This document shows, piece after piece, positions 29,591 through 38,822 of a stretch of DNA of 55,153 nucleotides. The notes under the pieces are model-generated. The model made no database searches. It worked only from the letters and a program-made list of their open reading frames with translations, and was not told the DNA's origin. The number at the start of each line of letters is the position of its first letter. Within the stretch, counting starts at the first letter, position 1. A program made the translations under genes and the position numbers. The DNA is from Patescibacteria group bacterium. Its GTDB lineage: Bacteria; Patescibacteriota; Minisyncoccia; UBA6257; 02-FULL-45-10c. The stretch lies in contig JAGWYA010000006.1 of NCBI GenBank assembly GCA_018969615.1, forward strand, positions 1-55,153. The letters are read 5' to 3'.

Positions 29591-29662
29591 GCCCTCGTCG
29601 TTCAACGGATAGGACGCAAGATTGCGGATCTTGTAATTGAGGTTCGATTCCTCACGAGGGCA
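29591..29662 (+). tRNA. tRNA-Arg(GCG)
   Basis: GCCCTCG/CGAGGGC acceptor stem, CAAGA-TTGCGGA-TCTTG anticodon arm; promoter TTGAAA-N17-TATAGT at 29551..29579. Confidence 0.93.
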
Positions 29663-29914
29663 CAAAGGAAAACAAAGTCTCTTTCGCGCAGTGCCGGGTT
29701 CTTACACTGCTTTAAAGAGACTTTGTTTTTATAAAAATAAAAAGACGCAAGGGCTGTCCAGCCGCGAATGAAACTTTATTCCCAGAGGGCACAAAATAAA
29801 ATATTCCCTTCCGGGAATTTTTTATTTTTGCGTAGTGCCGGGTTCTTACACTGCTTCAAAGAAGTTTTGTCTTAAGTATAAAAAGCCCCCGACCAAAGTC
29901 GGGGGCTGTCTCTC

Positions 29915-30601
29915 TTAGAATCTCAGGTCGAACGCTCCGAGGCCTCCGTAGCCGGTATCCCAGAAACCGGCGACGGACATCCCGAGATGGCGGTAGAGCT
30001 GAACGCGCATGCCGGCCTCCACGTTAACGATCGGCACCGTGCGCTTCACGGCATCCTTCGCGTCTTCCGTGACGGGATAATTCATACCGCTCTGCGTCTC
30101 GTGCCCGACGAACTTTCCGTTGAACCGGACCGTCAGCTCGCCGAGACCGAGACCGGTACGAACATAAGGAGTCACGATGCCATGGATCGACCCGAAGCGA
30201 TACTCATAATCGAGCGTCACGCCGTTGAGGTCGATGTCCGTCCGCCCTGTGATCACGCCGGCCACATTGTTCTTCGCCAGCTCTTGCGCCGTGTCAGAAC
30301 GAGCCCACGCGCCATCTCCGGACGCAGCGATCTTCACCCACGAAACGCCGATGAGATTGTGCTTGCTGAGCGCGTACATCATGCGCAACGAACGCATCTC
30401 GCCGTCGAGCTTCTGCGGATGCTTCACGATCGACTTGTCCATTCCGAGCAGCATGCCCGGGAGGACGTATGATCCGTCCACGGCCTCAAGCGACAGCTTG
30501 TCCAGCTGGCCGCACTGCGCGGACGGAACCCGCACGCACAGAACAGCGAACAGCGAAACGACCGCCAGCACCGACATGCGGAACTGCTTCATGAGGCTCA
30601 C
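29915..30601 (-). CDS. Secreted protein with outer-membrane beta-barrel-like features
   Basis: Signal peptide; alternating strands VTLDYEYRF, PYVRTGLG, VEAGMRVQL; C-terminal Phe. Confidence 0.55.
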   Translation of the reverse strand: MSLMKQFRMSVLAVVSLFAVLCVRVPSAQCGQLDKLSLEAVDGSYVLPGMLLGMDKSIVKHPQKLDGEMRSLRMMYALSKHNLIGVSWVKIAASGDGAWARSDTAQELAKNNVAGVITGRTDIDLNGVTLDYEYRFGSIHGIVTPYVRTGLGLGELTVRFNGKFVGHETQSGMNYPVTEDAKDAVKRTVPIVNVEAGMRVQLYRHLGMSVAGFWDTGYGGLGAFDLRF

Positions 30602-30727
30602 CTCCGTGTGAGATTCTTTGTTCGAATTGCTAGGGATAGCTTACTGAATTCGCCTTATAAAGTCAATCAAAGCAGGCCACGGTGCTTGAACATTTTAAGC
30701 CTTTTCTGGTACCATAAGAAGCGAACT

Positions 30728-30799
30728 GCGGGTATCGTATAGCGGCTATTATGCGACCTTGCCAAGGTCGAGATACGGGTTCGACTCCCGTTACCCGCT
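30728..30799 (+). tRNA. tRNA-Gly(GCC)
   Basis: GCGGGTA/TACCCGC acceptor stem, CGACC-TTGCCAA-GGTCG, GGTTCGACTCC. Confidence 0.95.
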
Positions 30800-31003
30800 C
30801 AGTAAAATAAAATATCTCCTTCGGGAGGTATTTTATTTTTACTTTGGGAGTCGAACCGGGAAAATGCCTGCCTGCCGGCAGGCAGGCAGGCAGGTTCCAA
30901 AGAGCGCGAGCATCTTGTCAGTGAGATCCAGCGAGCGCGAGGTTCGAGTGAGCGAGCGGGTCATCTGACCGCGAGCGAAGCCTTGCTCCCGTTACCCGCT
31001 CAG
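30785..31003 (+). repeat. Non-coding insert bounded by 18-bp direct repeats of the tRNA-Gly 3' end
   Basis: CTCCCGTTACCCGCTCAG at 30785 and 30986. Inside: a terminator, an inverted T-arm copy GGGAGTCGAACC, and the CCTGCCTGCCGGCAGGCAGG palindrome at 30867. Confidence 0.8.
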
Positions 31004-31051
31004 CAAATAAAACACCGGCCTCAGCCGGTGTTTTATGTATGTCAGGATCGT

Positions 31052-34000
31052 CTAATTGCTCGGGACATTCAACCCTGAAATATCAATGAGCGTTCCGACG
31101 GCTAATTCATGATCGGCCGTATTCCCCGCGATCCCCCATTCCGGAACGCCGATGCCGTTATTCTGAGCCACAACCTTGCACGCGCTCTTTACTTGATCCA
31201 CGTTGGCAGTAGCGCCGAGGACATCAAGCGCGAGAGCCCAGAGCGTCTGTCCTTGCGAAAGCGCCTGATACTTAAAAGCTCCTGTTTTGGTGATCGTCTC
31301 ATTGAACTGCATCCGCTTGGTCACCACGGTTCCTGCGGACGGAACAGCATTATCAGCATCACTGTCATCATTGGCCTGCTTGTCGGCAGTCATACTTGCG
31401 CTGTTCTTGAAATTGATGATCTTACCGTCATAGGTTTTCGTGCCATCGGTACCGGTCATCTGAGCGACAACCAGAAGATGACCCGGCTGAGTCTCTCCGA
31501 CCGCACACGAGCCGGTCACATCGGTCGCACACGAGCCGATCAACCCAGTCGTAGCCCCAAAGATAGATGCAAATTTATCCTTGGACGGTCCCTTGCCGAA
31601 CTGCTTCACAAAATCCGCATTCTCACGATCAAACACTTTGACCTGCGCACTCGGCAGCGGCTGGGTGCACTCAGGAGCTGGCTTGCCATTGGAAAGGGTT
31701 CCGCAAACACCTGACTTCGCCTGGTCAACAATATGAATGGTCGTGACCGTATCGTTCGCGAACGGGCAGCCGGTATCGCCGGCATTTCCTGCAACTGACG
31801 GGCACTGATCGGTCATGACCTGGTTCGGAGCGATCGTCACCGGGGTTCCATCCATGATCAACGTCACCGGTTCCGCGCTGAGGTTCTCAATCAAGATCCC
31901 GTTCGTTGCATTCGGATCAATATTCACTTCCTGACCCGGAAGCAGCGATCCGGTATCAAGCACGACATCATTTTCATCAACGACTTCGATCGAAAGCGGC
32001 TGCGCGTTCGATGCTGCCGGCAAGATAAAACTTCCCAGGGTTACGGTTTGTCCCGTGGACAAATTTACTTTCACCGCCTTCCCTTTGCCGGTCTGCGGCT
32101 CACGCAGCGAAATACTCGTTGCAGCTTTCACCGCCGTCGCGGTCGTGGTTAAAAGTCCGGTCGCCGGATCGGTCCCGCAAGTGATATCAACCGTATCTCC
32201 CGCTTTTTGCATTGAGACCTGCACCTTGTTTCCGCAGACCACCATCGAGGTATTGCTTCCGGATCCGCTAAGGCTCGCTTCGATCGTCCCTGCGGCCGCG
32301 GTCGGGATCACCGAGTAATTCCACCCGCCGCGACTCGTGATCGAGCCGAAGGTCGTACCGTCATTGAAATCGCTGGAATAGATCAGGCTTTCATCGGCGT
32401 TCGTCGATGCGTTGTGATCAATCGCTGTAACAATGCCGTCGTCATCAACCGTGATCATCGGACTCGAAGCAGTATTCCCTGCAAGGTCAGTTGCCGAAGT
32501 GGTAAAGGTCAGCGCGCTGCCTGCCGCCGGCGGAACCGTTACCGGCACCGAAGCGGTCCACACACCCGATTGCGCCGTTCCCGACGTCAGCGTTGCCGCA
32601 ACGCCATTCACTGTTACCGAAGCCGTACCGCTCGTCGCGTCGGAAACTGAAACCGTGACCGTTGCCGGTGAAGCCGTGATCGTATCATCTTTGACCGGGC
32701 TCGTGATCGAAGAGGCTGGCGGCATGGTATCCACCTGAACTTGCGTAGAATGGAGCGCCTCCACATTTCCCGCATTATCCACCGCCTGATAGCGGACATA
32801 GTTCATACCTTCGGTCGAAACCGATGCGGATGCGGCGATCGCGGTCGGAACACAGGTATTATTCTGGTCCACACATACTTCAACGCCGTTCACACCCGAT
32901 CCTCCCGCAGCATCCGTTGCGCTCAAGGCAACCGTTACCGCAGAGGTATACCAGTTATTCTGTCCCAGCGTCCCTGAGAGGGCCGCAGTCGAAACCGGCG
33001 CGGTCATATCGATCTTTACCGGATCGGAATGAAGCGCCTCCACGTTCCCGGCATTATCCACGGCCTGGTAGCGGACATAGTTCGTTCCTTGGGTCGAGAT
33101 CGTTGCGGTCGTGCCGGCCGTCGGCGTGCACGTATTCGTCTGGTCAACGCACAAGCTGACCGATTTCACGCCGGAACCTCCTGTGTTATCCGTCGCCGCA
33201 ACTGTAACCGTCACATTCGAGGTATACCAGTTATTCTGGCCGGCAGTACCCGCATAGGTTGCCGTAGAGATCGGCGCGGTCGTGTCCGGAGGAGTGCCGA
33301 AAACGGCATCATACTGTCCGCCGGCGAAGTCGCCGAATGCCTGCATGCCATAAAATGCAGAATTTACCAATGAATTGATAAGCTTATTGGTTGTTTTATC
33401 AAACTGGAAGATCTCACCGTTCGAATCATCAATGACCCATACATACGTATCGTCGAATGCAACGCCTGTCATATTAACGCCTCGATACGATGGCCATGTT
33501 GCAACGCCCGTAACCGCATCAGTAGTTTCATCGATCTTATAGAATTGCGGATCGGTCTGATCGACAACCCATACTGAGGTATTATCGGCTGCGATCGCCC
33601 CCAAATGGCCCCAGGAATAACGGCCGACCGGGATCGTTGCAACGACCGCGTCCGTTGTCCGGTCGATCTTCGTGACCGCATGTGTCCAGAAATCAGCGAC
33701 CCATACATAATTGCCGCCAAGAGCGACGCCAGTTGCCATACTGCCCGTCGGGATCGTTGCAACGACCGCTCCGGTATTTTTATCGATCTTCTGAACACTG
33801 CCACCGGTCGCAGCCCATACATAGTTCTGATCCACGGCGATACCCTGGTCATAACTTCCGCTTCCGGCTCCTGAGATGGTCTTGTCTATAGCAAGCGTCG
33901 CCTTGTTAATGGCGAGGATCGTAGGCGGGTGGTTAGTCGCAGAATAGGAGACCCATGCATCGGTAGAATCCAATGCAATAGCGCCGGCATTGTGCTGATA

Positions 34001-34360
34001 CGTACCAAAGATCTGGGTGAGCACTTCATTCGGAACTACTCCAAGGACCTGGCCGGTCGCTTTGCTCAGTTTTACAATTGGCCCCTGCCCGGCAAGAAAA
34101 ATAGCATTATCATCTACCGCAACATTCGGCGTGTCAGAACCAGCCGTATTATTCACCATGGCAATGGTCGTTGACGCCTTATTGAACTGGTACAGCCAGC
34201 TGAATCCATTGGGATTTCCCGACCTCGGCAACCAGAGAGAGCCGTCGACTGCCGGCACAAAGGTCGTTTGCGCATGCGCCGCACCAGGCAACGTCAATCC
34301 TCCGGGAAGGACGACCATTGCCGCAATTAATGATAAAACGATGATTTTTTTATTCATCAT
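31052..34360 (-). CDS. Large secreted surface protein: YVTN/Vgb-like beta-propeller, tandem Ig-like repeats, possible C-terminal LysM-like domain
   Basis: Signal peptide; VWxxD/KIDxxT..VVATIP repeats; two ~93-aa repeats (GQNNWYTS...YVRYQAVDNAGNVEALHS); GQTLWALA near the C-terminus. Confidence 0.75.
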   Translation of the reverse strand: MMNKKIIVLSLIAAMVVLPGGLTLPGAAHAQTTFVPAVDGSLWLPRSGNPNGFSWLYQFNKASTTIAMVNNTAGSDTPNVAVDDNAIFLAGQGPIVKLSKATGQVLGVVPNEVLTQIFGTYQHNAGAIALDSTDAWVSYSATNHPPTILAINKATLAIDKTISGAGSGSYDQGIAVDQNYVWAATGGSVQKIDKNTGAVVATIPTGSMATGVALGGNYVWVADFWTHAVTKIDRTTDAVVATIPVGRYSWGHLGAIAADNTSVWVVDQTDPQFYKIDETTDAVTGVATWPSYRGVNMTGVAFDDTYVWVIDDSNGEIFQFDKTTNKLINSLVNSAFYGMQAFGDFAGGQYDAVFGTPPDTTAPISTATYAGTAGQNNWYTSNVTVTVAATDNTGGSGVKSVSLCVDQTNTCTPTAGTTATISTQGTNYVRYQAVDNAGNVEALHSDPVKIDMTAPVSTAALSGTLGQNNWYTSAVTVALSATDAAGGSGVNGVEVCVDQNNTCVPTAIAASASVSTEGMNYVRYQAVDNAGNVEALHSTQVQVDTMPPASSITSPVKDDTITASPATVTVSVSDATSGTASVTVNGVAATLTSGTAQSGVWTASVPVTVPPAAGSALTFTTSATDLAGNTASSPMITVDDDGIVTAIDHNASTNADESLIYSSDFNDGTTFGSITSRGGWNYSVIPTAAAGTIEASLSGSGSNTSMVVCGNKVQVSMQKAGDTVDITCGTDPATGLLTTTATAVKAATSISLREPQTGKGKAVKVNLSTGQTVTLGSFILPAASNAQPLSIEVVDENDVVLDTGSLLPGQEVNIDPNATNGILIENLSAEPVTLIMDGTPVTIAPNQVMTDQCPSVAGNAGDTGCPFANDTVTTIHIVDQAKSGVCGTLSNGKPAPECTQPLPSAQVKVFDRENADFVKQFGKGPSKDKFASIFGATTGLIGSCATDVTGSCAVGETQPGHLLVVAQMTGTDGTKTYDGKIINFKNSASMTADKQANDDSDADNAVPSAGTVVTKRMQFNETITKTGAFKYQALSQGQTLWALALDVLGATANVDQVKSACKVVAQNNGIGVPEWGIAGNTADHELAVGTLIDISGLNVPSN

Positions 34361-34486
34361 AGATATTAAAATGAGTAGTAAAAAATAATTTTGTCTTACT
34401 TAGTCATCATACCATATTATTTAGGGTCATCTCTATCTAAAAGAGCAGCCTTTCAAGGCTGCTCTTTTAGAGATCTGATATGCACA

Positions 34487-34984
34487 TTATTTTTTCGTTG
34501 GATCAGGCGCGCTTCCGTGTTCAAAGATGCCGAATCTGCGGAACGCGTACAGTGTGGTCGGCACAAGGACCGTGGCAAACACCGCAAGATCAATGATGCC
34601 AAGACCGGTCAGCATCCCGACGCCCGCAACCAGCCACACCACCGCTGCCGTCGTAATGCCATGGACGTGCTCCTCGTTCTTGATGATCAAGCCGGCTCCC
34701 AAAAAACCGATGCCGACGACGATATTGCCGATGACGGTCAGATAACCGCTGTTTCGGGCGATGACATCGGTCAGATTCTGGGGCGAAAGCGAAATAATAT
34801 ACGGCAACGAAAGCCCCGCCATCGTAAAAATAGCGGCACCCGCGCATACCAGCATTGACGTCCGGACGCCGGCTTCTTTTCCGATCGATTCGCGTTCAAG
34901 ACCGATAGCTCCCCCCAAGCCCATCGCGATCAGAAGACGGATCGCCATTTGTGTGAATGTAAGCATACCTCCATGATACTCCAA
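34487..34984 (-). CDS. MgtC/SapB family membrane protein
   Basis: IGLERE, AGVRT, GIGFLGAG, GITTAA. Confidence 0.9.
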   Translation of the reverse strand: MEYHGGMLTFTQMAIRLLIAMGLGGAIGLERESIGKEAGVRTSMLVCAGAAIFTMAGLSLPYIISLSPQNLTDVIARNSGYLTVIGNIVVGIGFLGAGLIIKNEEHVHGITTAAVVWLVAGVGMLTGLGIIDLAVFATVLVPTTLYAFRRFGIFEHGSAPDPTKK

Positions 34985-35053
34985 ATCGTAAAAAACAAAA
35001 AAGCGCTTATACGCCTTTGTCGTTAAAAAGAGAATCGGTCATACTGAGAGTAT

Positions 35054-35893
35054 ATGCAGCAAGAATCACGCTCCCAGAAACCCCGCATCGGCCTCGCGTT
35101 AAGCGGCGGATCGGCACGCGGGATCGCCCATATCGGCGTTCTGCAGGCGCTTTCCGACCATCATATTCCGATCGATTGCATTGCGGGCACCAGTTCCGGC
35201 GCGATCGTCGCCGCCGCCTTCGCATTCGGATATCCGCTCCCGAAACTCCAGGAAAAAGCGAAAACATTGAGCTGGTATTCGATCGCAAATCTTCCCACTT
35301 CAGGATTAGGACTTACCTCGAACCAATCGCTCGGGAAGATCATGGAAGAATTCATCGGCGGTGCCGCCGACATCAAGGATGCAAAGATCCCGCTCGCGAT
35401 CGTCGCCACCGATATCGAAACCGGTGAAAAAGTGGTCTTCCGAAACGGCAACGCCGCGCTCGCGGTCCGCGCAAGCGCCTGTATTCCCGGCGTCTTCATT
35501 CCGGTGGAGATCGAGGGACGCAAGCTCGTGGACGGCGGACTGTCAGAAAGCCTTCCGCTTTCTTCTCTCCAAACGCTGCAGCCCGACATCAGGATCGGCG
35601 TAAACGCGATCCATTGGCATTCCACAAAACCGGTCGGAAATCTCATCGACGTTATGTCGAACGCCATCGATATCGCTGCGAACCATCAAAAAGAGAACCC
35701 TCTGCAATTCGCTGACATCATGATCGAACCCGATCTCAGCGATTTCGGCCCGTCCGATTTCAAAAAAACGGACGCACTGATCGCTGAAGGATACCGCGCC
35801 GCACTGGCCCAGCTTCCTGCGATCAAAGAGCTTATCCGGCAACGGAGCCCCGAACCCTCATGGAAACGGTTCTTCCGCTGGTTCAAAAAATAA
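35054..35893 (+). CDS. Patatin-like phospholipase
   Basis: LSGGSARG, GTSSG, DGG. Confidence 0.92.
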   Translation: MQQESRSQKPRIGLALSGGSARGIAHIGVLQALSDHHIPIDCIAGTSSGAIVAAAFAFGYPLPKLQEKAKTLSWYSIANLPTSGLGLTSNQSLGKIMEEFIGGAADIKDAKIPLAIVATDIETGEKVVFRNGNAALAVRASACIPGVFIPVEIEGRKLVDGGLSESLPLSSLQTLQPDIRIGVNAIHWHSTKPVGNLIDVMSNAIDIAANHQKENPLQFADIMIEPDLSDFGPSDFKKTDALIAEGYRAALAQLPAIKELIRQRSPEPSWKRFFRWFKK

Positions 35894-35897
35894 CGCA

Positions 35898-37208
35898 CTA
35901 TGCGTTATTTTTTTTAAGGATCACGGCGCGGAGCGCGGCAAGGTCGTTCGGGAGCGGTATGGCATGCGGACGTTTTCGTGCAAGCGCACGGAGGCGGGAA
36001 GGCAACGGAACCCGTTTCTTGATGACCGGCTCAACGACCTCGCGGAACTTCGCCGGATGCGCGGTTCCTGCTACGATCACTTTGGTTCCCTTCTTTGCCA
36101 GGCAGGCAGCGGTAATGCCGACCGCCGTATGCGGATCGATGATATATCCCATTTCACGATAGGTCCTCGCGATCGTGCTCCGCGTATCTGCATCGCTCAC
36201 GCGCATACCGGCGATCGTCCGCGCCATTACAGAGCGTTTCCCGTGAAACAATTCCAATAAGCGCGCAAAATTACTGGGATTCCCCACGTCCATCGCATTG
36301 GAAATTGTTTTACGCGAAACACGTGAAACAAACGGCGCTCCGTGAAGAAAACGGGGGACGACGTCATTTATGTTCGTCGCGGCGATAAATTGTTTCACGG
36401 GCATCCCCATCCGCTGCGCAAGGATCCCGGCGGTCAGATTTCCGAAATTTCCGCTGGGAACACAAAAAGCCATATCCACCGCCTGTTCTGTTCCGTATCG
36501 CTTTGCGAATTGGGCATAGGCGTAGAGATAATAGAACGATTGCGGCAGCAGCCGGCCGAAATTGATCGAGTTCGCCGAGGACATCAGCACTTTTTTCCGC
36601 AGTGCCGGGTCGGCAAGCGCTGCTTTAGCGAGCTTTTGGCAATCATCGAAGCTTCCTTGGACCGCGATCGCGGTGATATTGCCGCCAAGCGTCGCCATCT
36701 GCCGTTCCTGGATCGGCGTTACCCGGCCGCGCGGATAGAGCACGAACACCTTGATATGAGGCACGCCGTAAAAACCCCGTGCGACCGCACTGCCGGTGTC
36801 TCCCGAGGTCGCCACGATAATGTTCAGCGTCTCTTTCTGTTTACCAAGATAATATCCCATCAGCCGCGCCATGAACCGCGCGCCGAAATCTTTGAACGCA
36901 AACGTCGGTCCGTGAAAAAGCTCAAGGACCGAGATCGAATCATCGATCCGATGAAGCGGCACCGGAAAATTGAACGCATCCCGGATGATCATTTTTAATT
37001 TTGCCTGCGGGATGTCAGTGATATACAGCCGGGAAACCTCATAGGCGATCTGCTGGAATGTTTTCCGGTGAAGATCACGCAAAAACTTCCGAGACAGATG
37101 CGGGATCCGGTCGGGCATGAACAATCCGCCGTCTGACGCAAGTCCTTGAAGAAGAACATCAGAGAACGGTACATTCTCTGTCCGATGGTTAGTGCTGTGA
37201 AATTTCAT
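35898..37208 (-). CDS. thrC: Threonine synthase
   Basis: LELFHGPTFAFKDFG, ATSGDTG, SANSINFGR, VPSGNFGN, DPHTA, TAHPAKF. Confidence 0.96.
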   Translation of the reverse strand: MKFHSTNHRTENVPFSDVLLQGLASDGGLFMPDRIPHLSRKFLRDLHRKTFQQIAYEVSRLYITDIPQAKLKMIIRDAFNFPVPLHRIDDSISVLELFHGPTFAFKDFGARFMARLMGYYLGKQKETLNIIVATSGDTGSAVARGFYGVPHIKVFVLYPRGRVTPIQERQMATLGGNITAIAVQGSFDDCQKLAKAALADPALRKKVLMSSANSINFGRLLPQSFYYLYAYAQFAKRYGTEQAVDMAFCVPSGNFGNLTAGILAQRMGMPVKQFIAATNINDVVPRFLHGAPFVSRVSRKTISNAMDVGNPSNFARLLELFHGKRSVMARTIAGMRVSDADTRSTIARTYREMGYIIDPHTAVGITAACLAKKGTKVIVAGTAHPAKFREVVEPVIKKRVPLPSRLRALARKRPHAIPLPNDLAALRAVILKKNNA

Positions 37209-37707
37209 AGATCTTTTCAACGATAGCATGCTCATCTGACCCCGTACAAATGATCGTGTGATCCGCATACCGGCGGTAGAGAATATCACGCTCAGCATGA
37301 AGCGCTTCCAATCCTTTTTCACGAAGTCCGACAATGCCGCGACTCTCCAATCCGCCGCCTAAGCGCCGGCGAAGCTCATCGGTATCAACCTCAAGATAAA
37401 TAACGATCGTATCGTCAGCGATCTTGCGCATTGCTCGTTCCGAATAAATAATGCTCCCGCCCGGGGCGAACACTGTTTCGCTGAGATCAAGCGTCAGAGT
37501 ATACGCCTCTTCCTGAGAGATCAACGCGGCGTTACCGTCGGCAGCCAGAATATCGGCATGACCCCTCTGGGTATGATCGCGAATATAAACATCCAGATCG
37601 ATAAACCGGGATCCAATACGGGAAGCGAATTTCTTCCCGATCGTCGACTTTCCCGCCCCGGGCATTCCGATAAGTGTTATTCCTTTTCGTTTCTTGAACA
37701 TATCCAA
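37189..37707 (-). CDS. Shikimate-kinase-fold kinase, probable homoserine kinase by context
   Basis: LIGMPGAGKST, IDLD, APGGSIIY; overlaps thrC and lies between asd and thrC. Confidence 0.7.
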   Translation of the reverse strand: MDMFKKRKGITLIGMPGAGKSTIGKKFASRIGSRFIDLDVYIRDHTQRGHADILAADGNAALISQEEAYTLTLDLSETVFAPGGSIIYSERAMRKIADDTIVIYLEVDTDELRRRLGGGLESRGIVGLREKGLEALHAERDILYRRYADHTIICTGSDEHAIVEKIYEISQH

Positions 37708-37714
37708 CTTTTAT

Positions 37715-38818
37715 CTACTTTCGATGCTGAATATATCCTTTCTTATAGAGCAATTCGGCGCCCAAGATCGCTCCGCCGGCCGCGCCGCGGATCGTATTAT
37801 GCGAAAGCGCAACGAACTTCCATCCTGACGGACCGTCCTCGCGGAACCGGCCGCAGGTGATCCCCATGCCGCGTTCATAGTCACGATCCAGTTTTGTCTG
37901 CGGCCGATCAGGTTCCGAAAAATAGGTAATGAACTGTTTAGGCGCCGACGGCAGATCTAGACCGGCAAGCGGATTCGGAAATCGCTCAACGGCCTTGATG
38001 ATCTGTTCCAGCGAAGGCTTCTTCTCAAAAACGACCGATGCGCTCGCCATATGTCCGTCTGCGACCGCGACCCGGATGCATGTCGCTGAGATCGCCGGAA
38101 CGGATGCGTTCACGATGTGGTCGCCCTCAACCGAGCCCAAGATCTTCATCGGCTCTTTCTCGCTCTTCTCTTCTTCGCCGCTGATGAACGGAATGCAGTT
38201 ATCAACCATTTCAGGCCAGGTCGCGAATGTCTTTCCCGCTCCTGAGATCGCCTGCAAGGTCGTGACCGAAACCGTCTTCGGCTTGAACTCGCTGAGCGCC
38301 GCAAGGATCGGCACATACGACTGCAGAGAGCAGTTCGGCTTCACCGCCAAAAGCCCCGTCGTCCATCCGCGCTTAGCACGCTGCGCATCGATGAGCGCAA
38401 TATGATCCGCATTCACTTCCGGCATCAGCATCGGCACATCATCCGTCCAGCGATGCGCGGAATTATTCGATACCACCGCAACGCCCGCAGCGGCATAGCG
38501 CTCCTCCAGCTCTTTGATCTTCGCCTTATCGGCATCGATCGCCGAAAAGACCAGGTCAACGTTCTGTGCGATCACGTCCAAATCCTCTTCCACTGCTTTC
38601 AACTTCATCCCCTTCACGGCCAAAGGAATGGGACTTTCAAGCAACCACCGCCCCATAACCGCTTCCTCATAGGCTTTCCCCGCCGATCGAGGCGATGCCG
38701 CGATCTCAACCACCTCAAACCATGGATGACCATCCAGTAGCGAAAGAAAGCGCTGCCCGACCATACCGGTCGCACCCAGAACACCCACTCTCACCTTTTG
38801 ATCTTTGATCTGTGACAT
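37715..38818 (-). CDS. asd: Aspartate-semialdehyde dehydrogenase
   Basis: LGATGMVGQR, PNCS, QAISGAG, GEEEK, SHNTIRGAAG. Confidence 0.96.
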   Translation of the reverse strand: MSQIKDQKVRVGVLGATGMVGQRFLSLLDGHPWFEVVEIAASPRSAGKAYEEAVMGRWLLESPIPLAVKGMKLKAVEEDLDVIAQNVDLVFSAIDADKAKIKELEERYAAAGVAVVSNNSAHRWTDDVPMLMPEVNADHIALIDAQRAKRGWTTGLLAVKPNCSLQSYVPILAALSEFKPKTVSVTTLQAISGAGKTFATWPEMVDNCIPFISGEEEKSEKEPMKILGSVEGDHIVNASVPAISATCIRVAVADGHMASASVVFEKKPSLEQIIKAVERFPNPLAGLDLPSAPKQFITYFSEPDRPQTKLDRDYERGMGITCGRFREDGPSGWKFVALSHNTIRGAAGGAILGAELLYKKGYIQHRK

Positions 38819-38822
38819 ATGA

